From Candidatus Anderseniibacteriota bacterium (GTDB taxonomy: Bacteria > Patescibacteriota > Andersenbacteria > UBA10190), in NCBI GenBank assembly GCA_003229735.1, contig QIFI01000066.1:1-26792 (forward strand): a stretch of DNA of 26,792 nucleotides. Reading direction: 5' to 3'. The notes beneath the pieces are model-generated. The model was not told the origin of the DNA. It ran no database searches and worked only from the letters and a program-made list of their open reading frames with translations. The position numbers were made by a program, and so were the translations under genes. Below, piece by piece: positions 1-7,997 of this stretch (the first letter of the stretch is position 1; the number at the start of each line of letters is the position of its first letter).

Positions 1-49
1 GAAAATAATACAGCCTGTAAATTCGCGATTTCCCACATACATAAAAGCT

Positions 50-242
50 GCTCTTTAGCCCAGCGGGTGGCGCGGTCAGAAAGGATTCCAGGCCCGAAGG
101 CATCCACAGAGGTCATGCCCGGTGGTAGGGAATTCCGTGGGGCCCCACCTTTGGTGGGGAAACCGGAATTGCACGCCGGGCCGACAGTGGCGCCACGGCG
201 ACAGGACCCGTGGGTTTTTCCTCTTTTATCTAAACGAAGAGC
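50..242. ncRNA. Candidate structured ncRNA (~160-190 nt, rod-like), family unassigned
   Basis: GC-rich intergenic segment with nested complementary pairs: 50-55/237-242, 59-62/211-214, 64-68/206-210, 118-122/176-180, 131-137/164-170, 143-149/153-159. A hairpin at 92-101 reads C(UUCG)G on the minus strand. Confidence 0.35.
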
Positions 243-272
243 TGTCTAGAAAAACACCAGCCAAGTGGAAAA

Positions 273-307
273 TTACCAGTTACTAATTACCAGTTACCAG
301 TTACTAT
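273..307 (+). repeat. Heptamer tandem array TTAC(C/T)A(G/A/T) x5
   Basis: TTACCAG TTACTAA TTACCAG TTACCAG TTACTAT, then AAACCC and the ATG at 314. Confidence 0.9.
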
Positions 308-313
308 AAACCC

Positions 314-934
314 ATGTCCAAGTTCTGGTTTATAACCTTAGTCCTCCTCATCGTCGGCCTAGTCTATACCGGCGTTTTAGAAGTCAAGCTCAACACCGGC
401 CAAGTATCCAATATATCTTCCCTGTCCTCCGTCACCAATAATCTGGTTAAAGAAAAGACCACCTTTGAAAAAGGCCGCTCCTATGTAGTAGGGTTAAAAC
501 GCAAAGGAGAATTTCTAGTCGTCAGAGATAAAGAGAAGCGCCTGGTATTATCTAACCTCTACGTCAAAACAGATGCCCGGCGTTTAGAAGATCTAATCGC
601 CGCTAAAACTACTCCTGCCGGATTATTGCCCCAGGCGGAACTCTTAATCTCCAGTCTGGATCTGGTCAGAAATACTGCCCAAAAGGCTTCAGTCGAAGTA
701 GTCGCCGGCATGAAATCAGAATCCTCCTCTGCCTTTTCCGCGGCTCAATTAGCCTTGGGTAAATTGCAAAATGAAAATCAGGAGTATGGCCGGATCCAAT
801 CAGAATTTACTCGCTTGACTAACGCTCTGGAAGAACAAATAGGGGACTTGGGCCTCCAGCGCGGAGCAGTCGCCGGCGCCAGCGACACCAACGATGACGC
901 CTCTTCGGACACCTCAAAAAATCAAAAAAAATAA
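314..934 (+). CDS. Hypothetical protein with N-terminal membrane anchor/signal and helical C-terminal part
   Basis: 206-aa ORF with hydrophobic residues 4-22; fits the gene-dense + strand run. Confidence 0.75.
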   Translation: MSKFWFITLVLLIVGLVYTGVLEVKLNTGQVSNISSLSSVTNNLVKEKTTFEKGRSYVVGLKRKGEFLVVRDKEKRLVLSNLYVKTDARRLEDLIAAKTTPAGLLPQAELLISSLDLVRNTAQKASVEVVAGMKSESSSAFSAAQLALGKLQNENQEYGRIQSEFTRLTNALEEQIGDLGLQRGAVAGASDTNDDASSDTSKNQKK

Positions 935-939
935 TATCC

Positions 940-1632
940 ATGCCCAATCAGTCCTTACTAATCTCCACTGCCATTAAATTTGGCTGGACAAAAACCCTCC
1001 AGTTTTTCCCTTTCTGGTTGGGTGCCATGGCTATTTATTTGGGAATCAACTTTATTCCCCAGCTGTCGCAATTTTTAGTCAAACCTTTCGGTCTGCCGGC
1101 CGCCCAATTTTCCATTGTGATTACCATCGCCGCTGCCCTCCTCTCCTATTTGTTCGGTATGGGGTTGATTAGAGTTACCATAGATATTATTGATAATCAA
1201 AATCCGAATTTTGGTCGTCTATTTCAAGAATATCCTAAATTCTGGCGCTATTTGGGCGTCAATATCTTAATTGCTCTCATCTTTTTGCTAGGCCTGCTTC
1301 TCTTCATTATCCCCGGCATTATCTGGCTCCTGATGTTTTTCTTTGCTCCTTATCTGATAATTGATAAAAATATCGGCGTCATTGATGCCCTCAAAAAAAG
1401 CAGACAGATGACCAAAGGTTCACGTTGGCGGCTCCTGCTGGCAGTCATTATTTTATTCTTCATTAACATTTTAGGCATTCTGGCCTTCGGCATTGGTCTG
1501 CTAATTACCAGCCCGCTTACTTTAATCACCTATGCCTATCTTTATCGCCAGCTCTCTCCATCATCAACCCCAACCACCCCAACTGCTCCGGATATCCCAA
1601 CCGCCCCAACCCATAACAATTTAGCAATATAG
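940..1632 (+). CDS. Integral membrane protein, DUF975/YciC-like
   Basis: About 5 TM segments; pattern IIPGIIW...FAPYLIID...IDALKKSRQMTKG typical of this group; Pro/Thr-rich tail. Confidence 0.65.
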   Translation: MPNQSLLISTAIKFGWTKTLQFFPFWLGAMAIYLGINFIPQLSQFLVKPFGLPAAQFSIVITIAAALLSYLFGMGLIRVTIDIIDNQNPNFGRLFQEYPKFWRYLGVNILIALIFLLGLLLFIIPGIIWLLMFFFAPYLIIDKNIGVIDALKKSRQMTKGSRWRLLLAVIILFFINILGILAFGIGLLITSPLTLITYAYLYRQLSPSSTPTTPTAPDIPTAPTHNNLAI

Positions 1633-1667
1633 TAATTTAACAAATTAGCCCTTTAACCAAACGGATA

Positions 1668-1726
1668 TGGTATACTTTCACTTCACCAACACAAACCTGT
1701 CAAAGTGAAGTATCTAAATCTATAAT
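1668..1726 (+). promoter_or_regulatory. Possible promoter(s) of the redox/copper cluster
   Basis: TG-G-TATACT (1668-1676) and TATAAT (1721-1726) with a weak -35 CTGTCA 18 nt upstream, in an AT-rich spacer. Confidence 0.3.
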
Positions 1727-1757
1727 TTATTAATCATAATTTAATTCTTACAATCAC

Positions 1758-2045
1758 ATGAAAAACGAAACACATCATAACAGCAAAAGCGTCACACCTT
1801 CCTCTTCATCCAGCCGCCCGACACATACTACTCACTCAAAATCTAAAAAACGGCCGGAATTTAGCGTTCCGGAAACATTAATCGTGGTGGTGGTTGTGCT
1901 GGTGATTATGTCAGCCGTTCAGGTGTATCAGGCCCAAAAACTACTGGCCGCCGTATCCAGCGGCGCGGTGGTGGCCCCGGCCGGCGCCCCAGCGGCCCCG
2001 GCCAACCCCATTGGACTGCCCAGCCAGGTCGGAGGCTGTGGATAA
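1758..2045 (+). CDS. Small single-TM protein with His/Ser-rich N-terminus and C-terminal LPSQVGGCG
   Basis: 95 aa; TM segment LIVVVVVLVIMSAV; Ala/Pro linker; ends in GGCG. Confidence 0.75.
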   Translation: MKNETHHNSKSVTPSSSSSRPTHTTHSKSKKRPEFSVPETLIVVVVVLVIMSAVQVYQAQKLLAAVSSGAVVAPAGAPAAPANPIGLPSQVGGCG

Positions 2046-2049
2046 GTTC

Positions 2050-2799
2050 ATGCCGTACCTCAAAACCCAAATAGTCCTGGGGCTACTTGTCTTTCTAGCT
2101 GTGCTTTATGGCGTCAACATCTTTCTCACCCAGAAACTTTCCGGCGTACTCATCGATAAGCCCGCCAAAATATCCTTCGCTATATTACTGCCCCCTCCGG
2201 ACAAGTGCGCCGACTGTTTTGACGCGGAAAGTATTATCAAAATGATTGACACTGCTCATAACATCAAATACACCAGCCAGCGCCTGGCCTACAATAGCCC
2301 GTTATCATCTAAATACATTGATACATATGGTATTGAAAATCTTCCCGCCCTGATTGTTTCCGGAGATATTGATAATAAAAAAGTTACAGCCGCCTGGACA
2401 GCTCTGGCCGGCCGGAAAAAAAACCAGCGGGTTGTCATCGCCAGCCAGCTTCCTTACTACAATATCGCCTCCAGTCAAGTTAAAGGAATCGTTAGTACGG
2501 TTCTGCTGACGGACGACACCTGTGCCGACTGTTTTGACGCCAATGAATATCTAACCGCTTTGGCCCGCTTCAACATAGTTTTAAATGATACGGCGGTATA
2601 TGATATTGCTTCTGATTCAGGCGCGGAACTAGTTCAAAAATACGACATTACCCGGGTCCCGACGCTAATCCTTTCACCAGACGTTGCTGACTATGAAGGC
2701 TTTGCTTCTTCCTGGTCAGAAGTTGGCACTATTGCCCCCGACGGCTGGTTTGTTTTTCGTGAAGTGCAAAAACTAAGCTCTCAATATCAGGAAATATGA
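2050..2799 (+). CDS. Membrane-anchored tandem thioredoxin-fold protein with two CxxC motifs (PDO-like)
   Basis: CADCFDA occurs twice, each followed by a cis-Pro-type motif (LPALI, VPTLI). ATG 2050 lies 4 nt after the previous stop and is preferred over 2011. Confidence 0.7.
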   Translation: MPYLKTQIVLGLLVFLAVLYGVNIFLTQKLSGVLIDKPAKISFAILLPPPDKCADCFDAESIIKMIDTAHNIKYTSQRLAYNSPLSSKYIDTYGIENLPALIVSGDIDNKKVTAAWTALAGRKKNQRVVIASQLPYYNIASSQVKGIVSTVLLTDDTCADCFDANEYLTALARFNIVLNDTAVYDIASDSGAELVQKYDITRVPTLILSPDVADYEGFASSWSEVGTIAPDGWFVFREVQKLSSQYQEI

Positions 2800-4229
2800 C
2801 TATCGATTCCTTATTTCACCTAGTCCGCCATACGGCCTCGCTGTTTAAGAGCCGGTTTAATATCGCCGTTTTTTCCATCGCCCTGCTGTTTTTTATCGGA
2901 TTGCTGTCTTTCTTTTACGGGCTTTTCACTATCCCCATGCCCACTGGAGTTATTGGCTTCTACCGCATGGAGCCGCCCACAAGCTTTGAAATTTTCTATC
3001 TGTTTTTCTCGGCCATTGTCTCGGCTCTCATTATCACCATCACCATATATTCCTCCCGAATGAAAATCGCCGCCAGCACCACAGGTAGAAGCACGTCGGC
3101 CCTGGGGCTGGCCACCGGTATATTCGGCGCCGTTTGTCCGGCCTGTTTAGGCATTAATTTTCTGGCTTTTGGCAATGTTTTCACCGCCCAACTGGCTTTC
3201 CTTATCCCTTACATTTTTTGGATTCAAGTTGGTGGAATAATCCTGTTGTCTCTCGGACTTTATTTTGTCGCCCAAAGCGCCTACCGCAAATCCTGCCTCT
3301 CATGCTCATCTGACAGCCCAACTAAACAGCCCCTCGAATCCACCCCCAAATCTAAATCTAATTTCAACAACGATCCGGCCCTTAAAAAATTTACGGCCGT
3401 TGCCCTGGGCGCGATCATTATCTTTGCCTACCAGATAACCACGGTATTAGGAGAAAATCCGCCCCCCGACCCGACCTCATCAGGTCCCAACCTGGTTACC
3501 ACCAGCGGTCAGACTGTCAACATCGACGCAGTTATCGAATCAGTCACCCCTAAAGATGGATTCACTACCAACGTAAAGTGGAATGATATAGTAGACAAAA
3601 TGGTCAAAGCTGGAGTATTGGATCCCGATAAACTCGCCAGTATTCTCACCAAGCGATATCAACAGCCCATGCAGCCCGAATGGAGCGCCGTGCTGGCCGG
3701 GGAAGATGCCAATCTTACTATTAACAATGACAATGCCGTTTTCATGATGTATGTGCTGTGGACGCTAGCCAAACATAACCAGAATGAAATTTTGACCAAC
3801 AGTCCCTTTGCCAAAAGCTTCGTTAAATATGACATCGGCGTCGGACGCCCCGGCTATGGAGACACGCCGCTTCTGGCCTTAACGCCGGATCAGCAGGCCA
3901 TCGCCCAAAAAGTCGCCGCCAACGCTTATCGCCCCTGTTGCGGCAACTCCACCGCCGCTCCCGATTGTTCTCATGGATACTCCGCCCTGGGGCTCATAGA
4001 GCTAATGGCCTCGCAAGGTTTCTCTGAATCCGAGATATTTGCCGCCTTTATTCAATTCAATTCATTTTGGTTCCCGGAAACATACATTAAAAACGCCCTG
4101 TATTTCAAAATTACCCAGGATCAGGACTGGGATAATGTTTCCAAAGAACTCGTCGCCGGACCGGAATATTCAACTCTCAAAGGGTCTTTCACCGCCAAAA
4201 ATTATCTTAAAAATAACTTCGGAATATAA
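2796..4229 (+). CDS. Uncharacterised Cys-rich membrane protein (TM domain with CPAC and CLSC; globular domain with RPCCGNST..PDCSHG)
   Basis: 477 aa, about 5 TM segments followed by a soluble domain; ATGA overlap with the upstream gene. Confidence 0.8.
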   Translation: MTIDSLFHLVRHTASLFKSRFNIAVFSIALLFFIGLLSFFYGLFTIPMPTGVIGFYRMEPPTSFEIFYLFFSAIVSALIITITIYSSRMKIAASTTGRSTSALGLATGIFGAVCPACLGINFLAFGNVFTAQLAFLIPYIFWIQVGGIILLSLGLYFVAQSAYRKSCLSCSSDSPTKQPLESTPKSKSNFNNDPALKKFTAVALGAIIIFAYQITTVLGENPPPDPTSSGPNLVTTSGQTVNIDAVIESVTPKDGFTTNVKWNDIVDKMVKAGVLDPDKLASILTKRYQQPMQPEWSAVLAGEDANLTINNDNAVFMMYVLWTLAKHNQNEILTNSPFAKSFVKYDIGVGRPGYGDTPLLALTPDQQAIAQKVAANAYRPCCGNSTAAPDCSHGYSALGLIELMASQGFSESEIFAAFIQFNSFWFPETYIKNALYFKITQDQDWDNVSKELVAGPEYSTLKGSFTAKNYLKNNFGI

Positions 4230-4273
4230 GTTAAATTATTAAAATACAGTAAATCAATGTATAATTAACCCCC

Positions 4274-5350
4274 ATGGAAAACACTAACGGCAGTGCCATC
4301 AGCGACCGGGCCAAAAAATGGCTGGTGATGATCGCTTTCATCTTATTCTCAATCCTATTAGTGGGCATCTTTTACCTGTTTATGACACCCGGGGAAACGG
4401 TCAATCTCGCTTTTGCCTATGTCGTCGGCCTGTCCATGATTGTCCTGCCCTGTACCTTGCCTCTGGCTTTTGTAATTGTGCCGATGGCCATGGGCAAAAG
4501 CGCCAAAAAAGGTTTATTAATGTCCATTTTCTTTGGTCTGGGGCTCTCTATAACCCTTTCTATCTACGGTCTTTTTGTGGCGGTCATCGGAAAATCAATT
4601 GGTCTCGATCAGGCCGTCGGCAGTGCCGGCCTGGTCAGTCGGATATTATTTATCATTGGCGGTCTGGCCGCTTTCATTTTTGGCCTCTCTGAATTGAATT
4701 TAATTAAGTTCAAAATGCCCAGCTATAAAGGTTCATATCCTGATTTTATCCAACAGCAGGGAGATTATCTAAAAGCCTTTTTTCTGGGGCTTTTTCTGGG
4801 CAATGCCGGTGTCGGGTGCCCAAATCCACTCTTCTACGTTCTCCTGGGCGATATAGCCGTCGTTGGCAGTATTGTTAATGGCTGGTGGCTGGGGTTTATT
4901 CATGGCGTCGGACGAGCCACGCCACTGGTCTTTTTAGCTATCCTGGGCATCCTGGGAGTCAATGCCGTCAGCAATATTTCTAAAAAAACTGTTCTGGTAA
5001 CCAAGTGGACCGGCATCAGCCTTATCTTGCTCGGCGCTTTCATATTCATCAGCGGCACCTCTCATCAGTGGTATGAGGGAACCATTGTCCATAAAGGCTG
5101 GAATCAGATAGTTCAGCTGGTCACCGGAGATGACAATAAAATTGCTGAAATCGAAGAACATGAAGAAGCCCCCGGTACCCTGCCCGGAGATGGACACGAT
5201 GAAGCCGCCCCCCCGGCCGATGATCACGCGGATAACGCGGACTTTATTCCCGCCCCCTGGTCATGGATAACTCTTTTACTGATGGTAATCATTCCTCTTG
5301 GCTGGTATAAATATAAGCAAACAAAAGTGGAAGTGCCTAAAGTACCTTAG
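4274..5350 (+). CDS. ccdA: CcdA/DsbD-family transmembrane disulfide reductase with a His/acidic loop
   Basis: Two membrane Cys motifs (VLPCTLP, GVGCPNP) in a multi-TM core; EEHEE..GHDE..DDHAD segment before the last TM. Confidence 0.75.
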   Translation: MENTNGSAISDRAKKWLVMIAFILFSILLVGIFYLFMTPGETVNLAFAYVVGLSMIVLPCTLPLAFVIVPMAMGKSAKKGLLMSIFFGLGLSITLSIYGLFVAVIGKSIGLDQAVGSAGLVSRILFIIGGLAAFIFGLSELNLIKFKMPSYKGSYPDFIQQQGDYLKAFFLGLFLGNAGVGCPNPLFYVLLGDIAVVGSIVNGWWLGFIHGVGRATPLVFLAILGILGVNAVSNISKKTVLVTKWTGISLILLGAFIFISGTSHQWYEGTIVHKGWNQIVQLVTGDDNKIAEIEEHEEAPGTLPGDGHDEAAPPADDHADNADFIPAPWSWITLLLMVIIPLGWYKYKQTKVEVPKVP

Positions 5351-5361
5351 GCATTATAATT

Positions 5362-5523
5362 ATGGGGTGCTGCGGATCAAATTCAGCCCAGTCGACCAAT
5401 GAACAAGAGCCAGAACGCGATCATGTTCATATTGACCGGCCTGATCATAGTCGCGCCAAAATTATTCTGATTAGAGTTACTGTCGTTGTATTAATAGTCG
5501 GGCTGGTAATTTGGATGATCTGA
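5362..5523 (+). CDS. 53-aa tail-anchored small protein beginning MGCCG (not in ORF track)
   Basis: Hand translation: MGCCGSNSAQSTNEQEPERDHVHIDRPDHSRAKIILIRVTVVVLIVGLVIWMI*. It starts 11 nt after the ccdA stop. Confidence 0.65.
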   Translation: MGCCGSNSAQSTNEQEPERDHVHIDRPDHSRAKIILIRVTVVVLIVGLVIWMI

Positions 5524-5577
5524 ATTATTTTATAATCAATTAGAGCCCAAGACTTAAAAATATTAAAGCCAGATAAT

Positions 5578-7821
5578 ATGAACCAAGATCATAAACCTTC
5601 TAAATCTCATCAGTCAAATAATCACCAGGATTGTTCCGTCTGCGGGAAAAAGTGCGTTTCCTGCCAGGTTAACCGTCTGGCCGTCAGCACCGGCTCCAGT
5701 ATGGAAGCTAAACAGTATGAATATAATCTTGACCAAAAACTAACGCATCAGGAGCATGATGCTCGGAGCGGCAGCCAGGATATGTCTGACATGTCAACCA
5801 TGAACCATCAGGACCACGATTCCGCCATGAGCAATCCGCAAATGGCCCAGGATATGGAGCGCGATATGAAAAAACGATTTTGGATAGCTCTCGTCCTTAC
5901 CGTCCCCATTTTATTATATTCGCCGCTGGCCATAAATATTTTTAAGCTGTATCTTCCCAGCCCCATTCCCATCAACTGGCTGCTGTTGATCCTTACTACT
6001 CCGGTAGTATTTTGGACTGGCTCCATTTTTATCACCGGCGCCTACAATTCGTTGAAGAACCGGGTGCTCAATATGTCCGTCTTGATTTCGGTCGGCGTTT
6101 TATCGGCTTATTTATTTAGCATATTCATTACCTTATTTATCGGCGGAGAAACATTCTTTGAAGCCGCCGCCATGCTCATCACTTTTGTTCTATTCGGACA
6201 TTGGATGGAAATGAAATCCAGAAAAGGCACCTCCGACTCTCTGCGCGCCTTATTTGATCTGGTTCCTCCTAAAGCCATTGTTATTCGTCAAGGCCGGGAA
6301 GTTGAGATTTTAACCCGCCAAATCCAATTAAATGATATTGTTCTGGTAAAACCTGGTGACAAGATACCGGTCGACGGAACCATATCTAAAGGCGAAAGCA
6401 CTATTGATGAATCGCTTGTCACCGGCGAATCCATGCCCGTCTTTAAAAAAATATCAGATAAAGTAATTGGCGGATCAATAAACAAAACTGGTTCAGTAGA
6501 ATTCAAAGTAACTCAAGTCGGCAGTGATACCGCCCTGGCCCAAATTATTAAGCTGGTGGAAAAAGCCCAGAACTCCAAGGCCCCGGGCCAGCGCATTGCC
6601 GATAAAGCCGCCGCCTATCTGGTGATCTTGGCTGTCGGTGCCGGCATTGCCACTTTTTTTGGCTGGTATCTGATCGCCGGAGCCACTTTAATTACGGCTT
6701 TCACTTTTGCCATTTCCGTAGTGGTGATCGCTTGTCCTGACGCTCTGGGCCTGGCCACCCCCACCGCCGTGGCGGTTGGCACCGGCATCGGCGCCCGCCA
6801 TAATATCCTGATCAAAGACGCGGCTACTCTGGAGAGAGCCTCTAAAATCCAAGCCATCCTGCTGGACAAAACCGGCACCTTAACTGAAGGCCGTCCCGTT
6901 ATCGACAGCGTCACCACTATTGACGGAGTTTCCGAACGTGATCTATTATATTTTTCCGGCGGCGCTCAAAAACTCTCCAGTCATCCCTTTAGTGAAGCCA
7001 TTATCAATGAAACTGATCGGCGTCAGATTGATTTGCCTACTGACATCAAGAACTTTACGGCCGTTGGTGGACTTGGCGTCAAAGCCACTGTCGATGGTCG
7101 GCCGGTATTGGTTGGCACCATGCGATTTCTGGAATCAGAAAAAGTTGATGTGGCTGGAGTCAAAAGCCTGGCCGACCAACTGCTTAAACAAGGTAAAACC
7201 GTTAGCCTGGTTTCCCTGGATGGTCAGGCGATCGGCGCCCTGGCCGTTTCCGATAAAATTAAAGAGACGGCCAAAAATGCCGTTGCCGGTTTTAAAAAAA
7301 TTGGCATTGCCACCGCCATGATTACCGGCGACCATGACCAGATAGCCAAGATTGTCGCTAAGCAAGTCGGCATCACCAGAGTTTTTGCCAATGTCCTGCC
7401 CTCTGAAAAAGCTGATTACGTCAAAAAGATGCAGGCCGAAGGTAAATTTACGGCCATGGTTGGAGATGGCATCAATGACGCGCCGGCCCTGGCCCAATCA
7501 GATATTGGTATTGCTATCGGCGCCGGCACGGATGTAGCCATTGAGACAGCCGACATTGTTTTGATGAAATCTGATCCGGAGGACATATTGCGGGCCATCG
7601 CCTTATCCAAAGCCACCGTCAGAAAAATGAAGCAGAACCTCTTTTGGGCCGCTATCTATAACGTGGCCGCGATTCCCATAGCCGCCGGATTATTTTACAC
7701 TTCCCTGGGCTGGTCCTTAAGGCCGGAAGTATCGGCCCTCTTAATGTCCGCGTCATCAATCATTGTCGCCACCAATGCCGTGCTGTTAAAACGCATCGAG
7801 CCTAAACTTAAAAATGTCTAG
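5578..7821 (+). CDS. copA: Copper-translocating P1B-type ATPase (CopA/CopB-like, CPD variant)
   Basis: TGES, CPDALGLATP, DKTGT, HP, GDGIND, TM YN and MSASS motifs; His/Met-rich N-terminus with CxxC-x3-CxxC. Confidence 0.92.
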   Translation: MNQDHKPSKSHQSNNHQDCSVCGKKCVSCQVNRLAVSTGSSMEAKQYEYNLDQKLTHQEHDARSGSQDMSDMSTMNHQDHDSAMSNPQMAQDMERDMKKRFWIALVLTVPILLYSPLAINIFKLYLPSPIPINWLLLILTTPVVFWTGSIFITGAYNSLKNRVLNMSVLISVGVLSAYLFSIFITLFIGGETFFEAAAMLITFVLFGHWMEMKSRKGTSDSLRALFDLVPPKAIVIRQGREVEILTRQIQLNDIVLVKPGDKIPVDGTISKGESTIDESLVTGESMPVFKKISDKVIGGSINKTGSVEFKVTQVGSDTALAQIIKLVEKAQNSKAPGQRIADKAAAYLVILAVGAGIATFFGWYLIAGATLITAFTFAISVVVIACPDALGLATPTAVAVGTGIGARHNILIKDAATLERASKIQAILLDKTGTLTEGRPVIDSVTTIDGVSERDLLYFSGGAQKLSSHPFSEAIINETDRRQIDLPTDIKNFTAVGGLGVKATVDGRPVLVGTMRFLESEKVDVAGVKSLADQLLKQGKTVSLVSLDGQAIGALAVSDKIKETAKNAVAGFKKIGIATAMITGDHDQIAKIVAKQVGITRVFANVLPSEKADYVKKMQAEGKFTAMVGDGINDAPALAQSDIGIAIGAGTDVAIETADIVLMKSDPEDILRAIALSKATVRKMKQNLFWAAIYNVAAIPIAAGLFYTSLGWSLRPEVSALLMSASSIIVATNAVLLKRIEPKLKNV

Positions 7822-7823
7822 AC

Positions 7824-7997
7824 ATGAGCCATAAAGCCAAAAGCATATATTTCGCCGTCTTCGCTGTCTTATATCTGGGCTACACCGCGTTCATCGCCGG
7901 GCACGGCTTTCATTGGACAAATTCCATCATCACTATCACCATTCTAGCCTTATCAGGTTATTATTATCTAAAGCATCAAAACCAGTCAAAATCATGA
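7824..7997 (+). CDS. 57-aa two-TM small protein (not in ORF track)
   Basis: MSHKAKSIYFAVFAVLYLGYTAFIAGHGFHWTNSIITITILALSGYYYLKHQNQSKS*. It starts 2 nt after the ATPase stop, and its TGA overlaps the next ATG (ATGA). Confidence 0.65.
   Translation: MSHKAKSIYFAVFAVLYLGYTAFIAGHGFHWTNSIITITILALSGYYYLKHQNQSKS

Noticed and set aside
50-242. Assignment to RNase P, SRP, tmRNA, or TPP/FMN/cobalamin/ZTP riboswitches
   Set aside because: Only short partial resemblances (e.g. GTAGGGAA, GCCGACAGT, CCCGCTGGGC); the defining motif sets are absent or out of order.
67-249. 60-aa ORF in the track
   Set aside because: GTG start, no recognisable protein features, and it coincides with the base-paired GC-rich segment.
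2011-2049. Longer start for the double-CxxC gene
   Set aside because: Overlaps the previous gene by 35 nt; ATG 2050 gives a normal N-terminal anchor.
5399-5470. 23-aa hydrophobic ORF overlapping the MGCCG gene
   Set aside because: Shorter, nested in another frame, and explains the spacer less well than 5362-5523.
7913-7993. His-rich N-terminus (HHHYHH) of the rhodanese ORF
   Set aside because: It is an alternative-frame reading of the 7824-7997 gene; ATG 7994 is translationally coupled.
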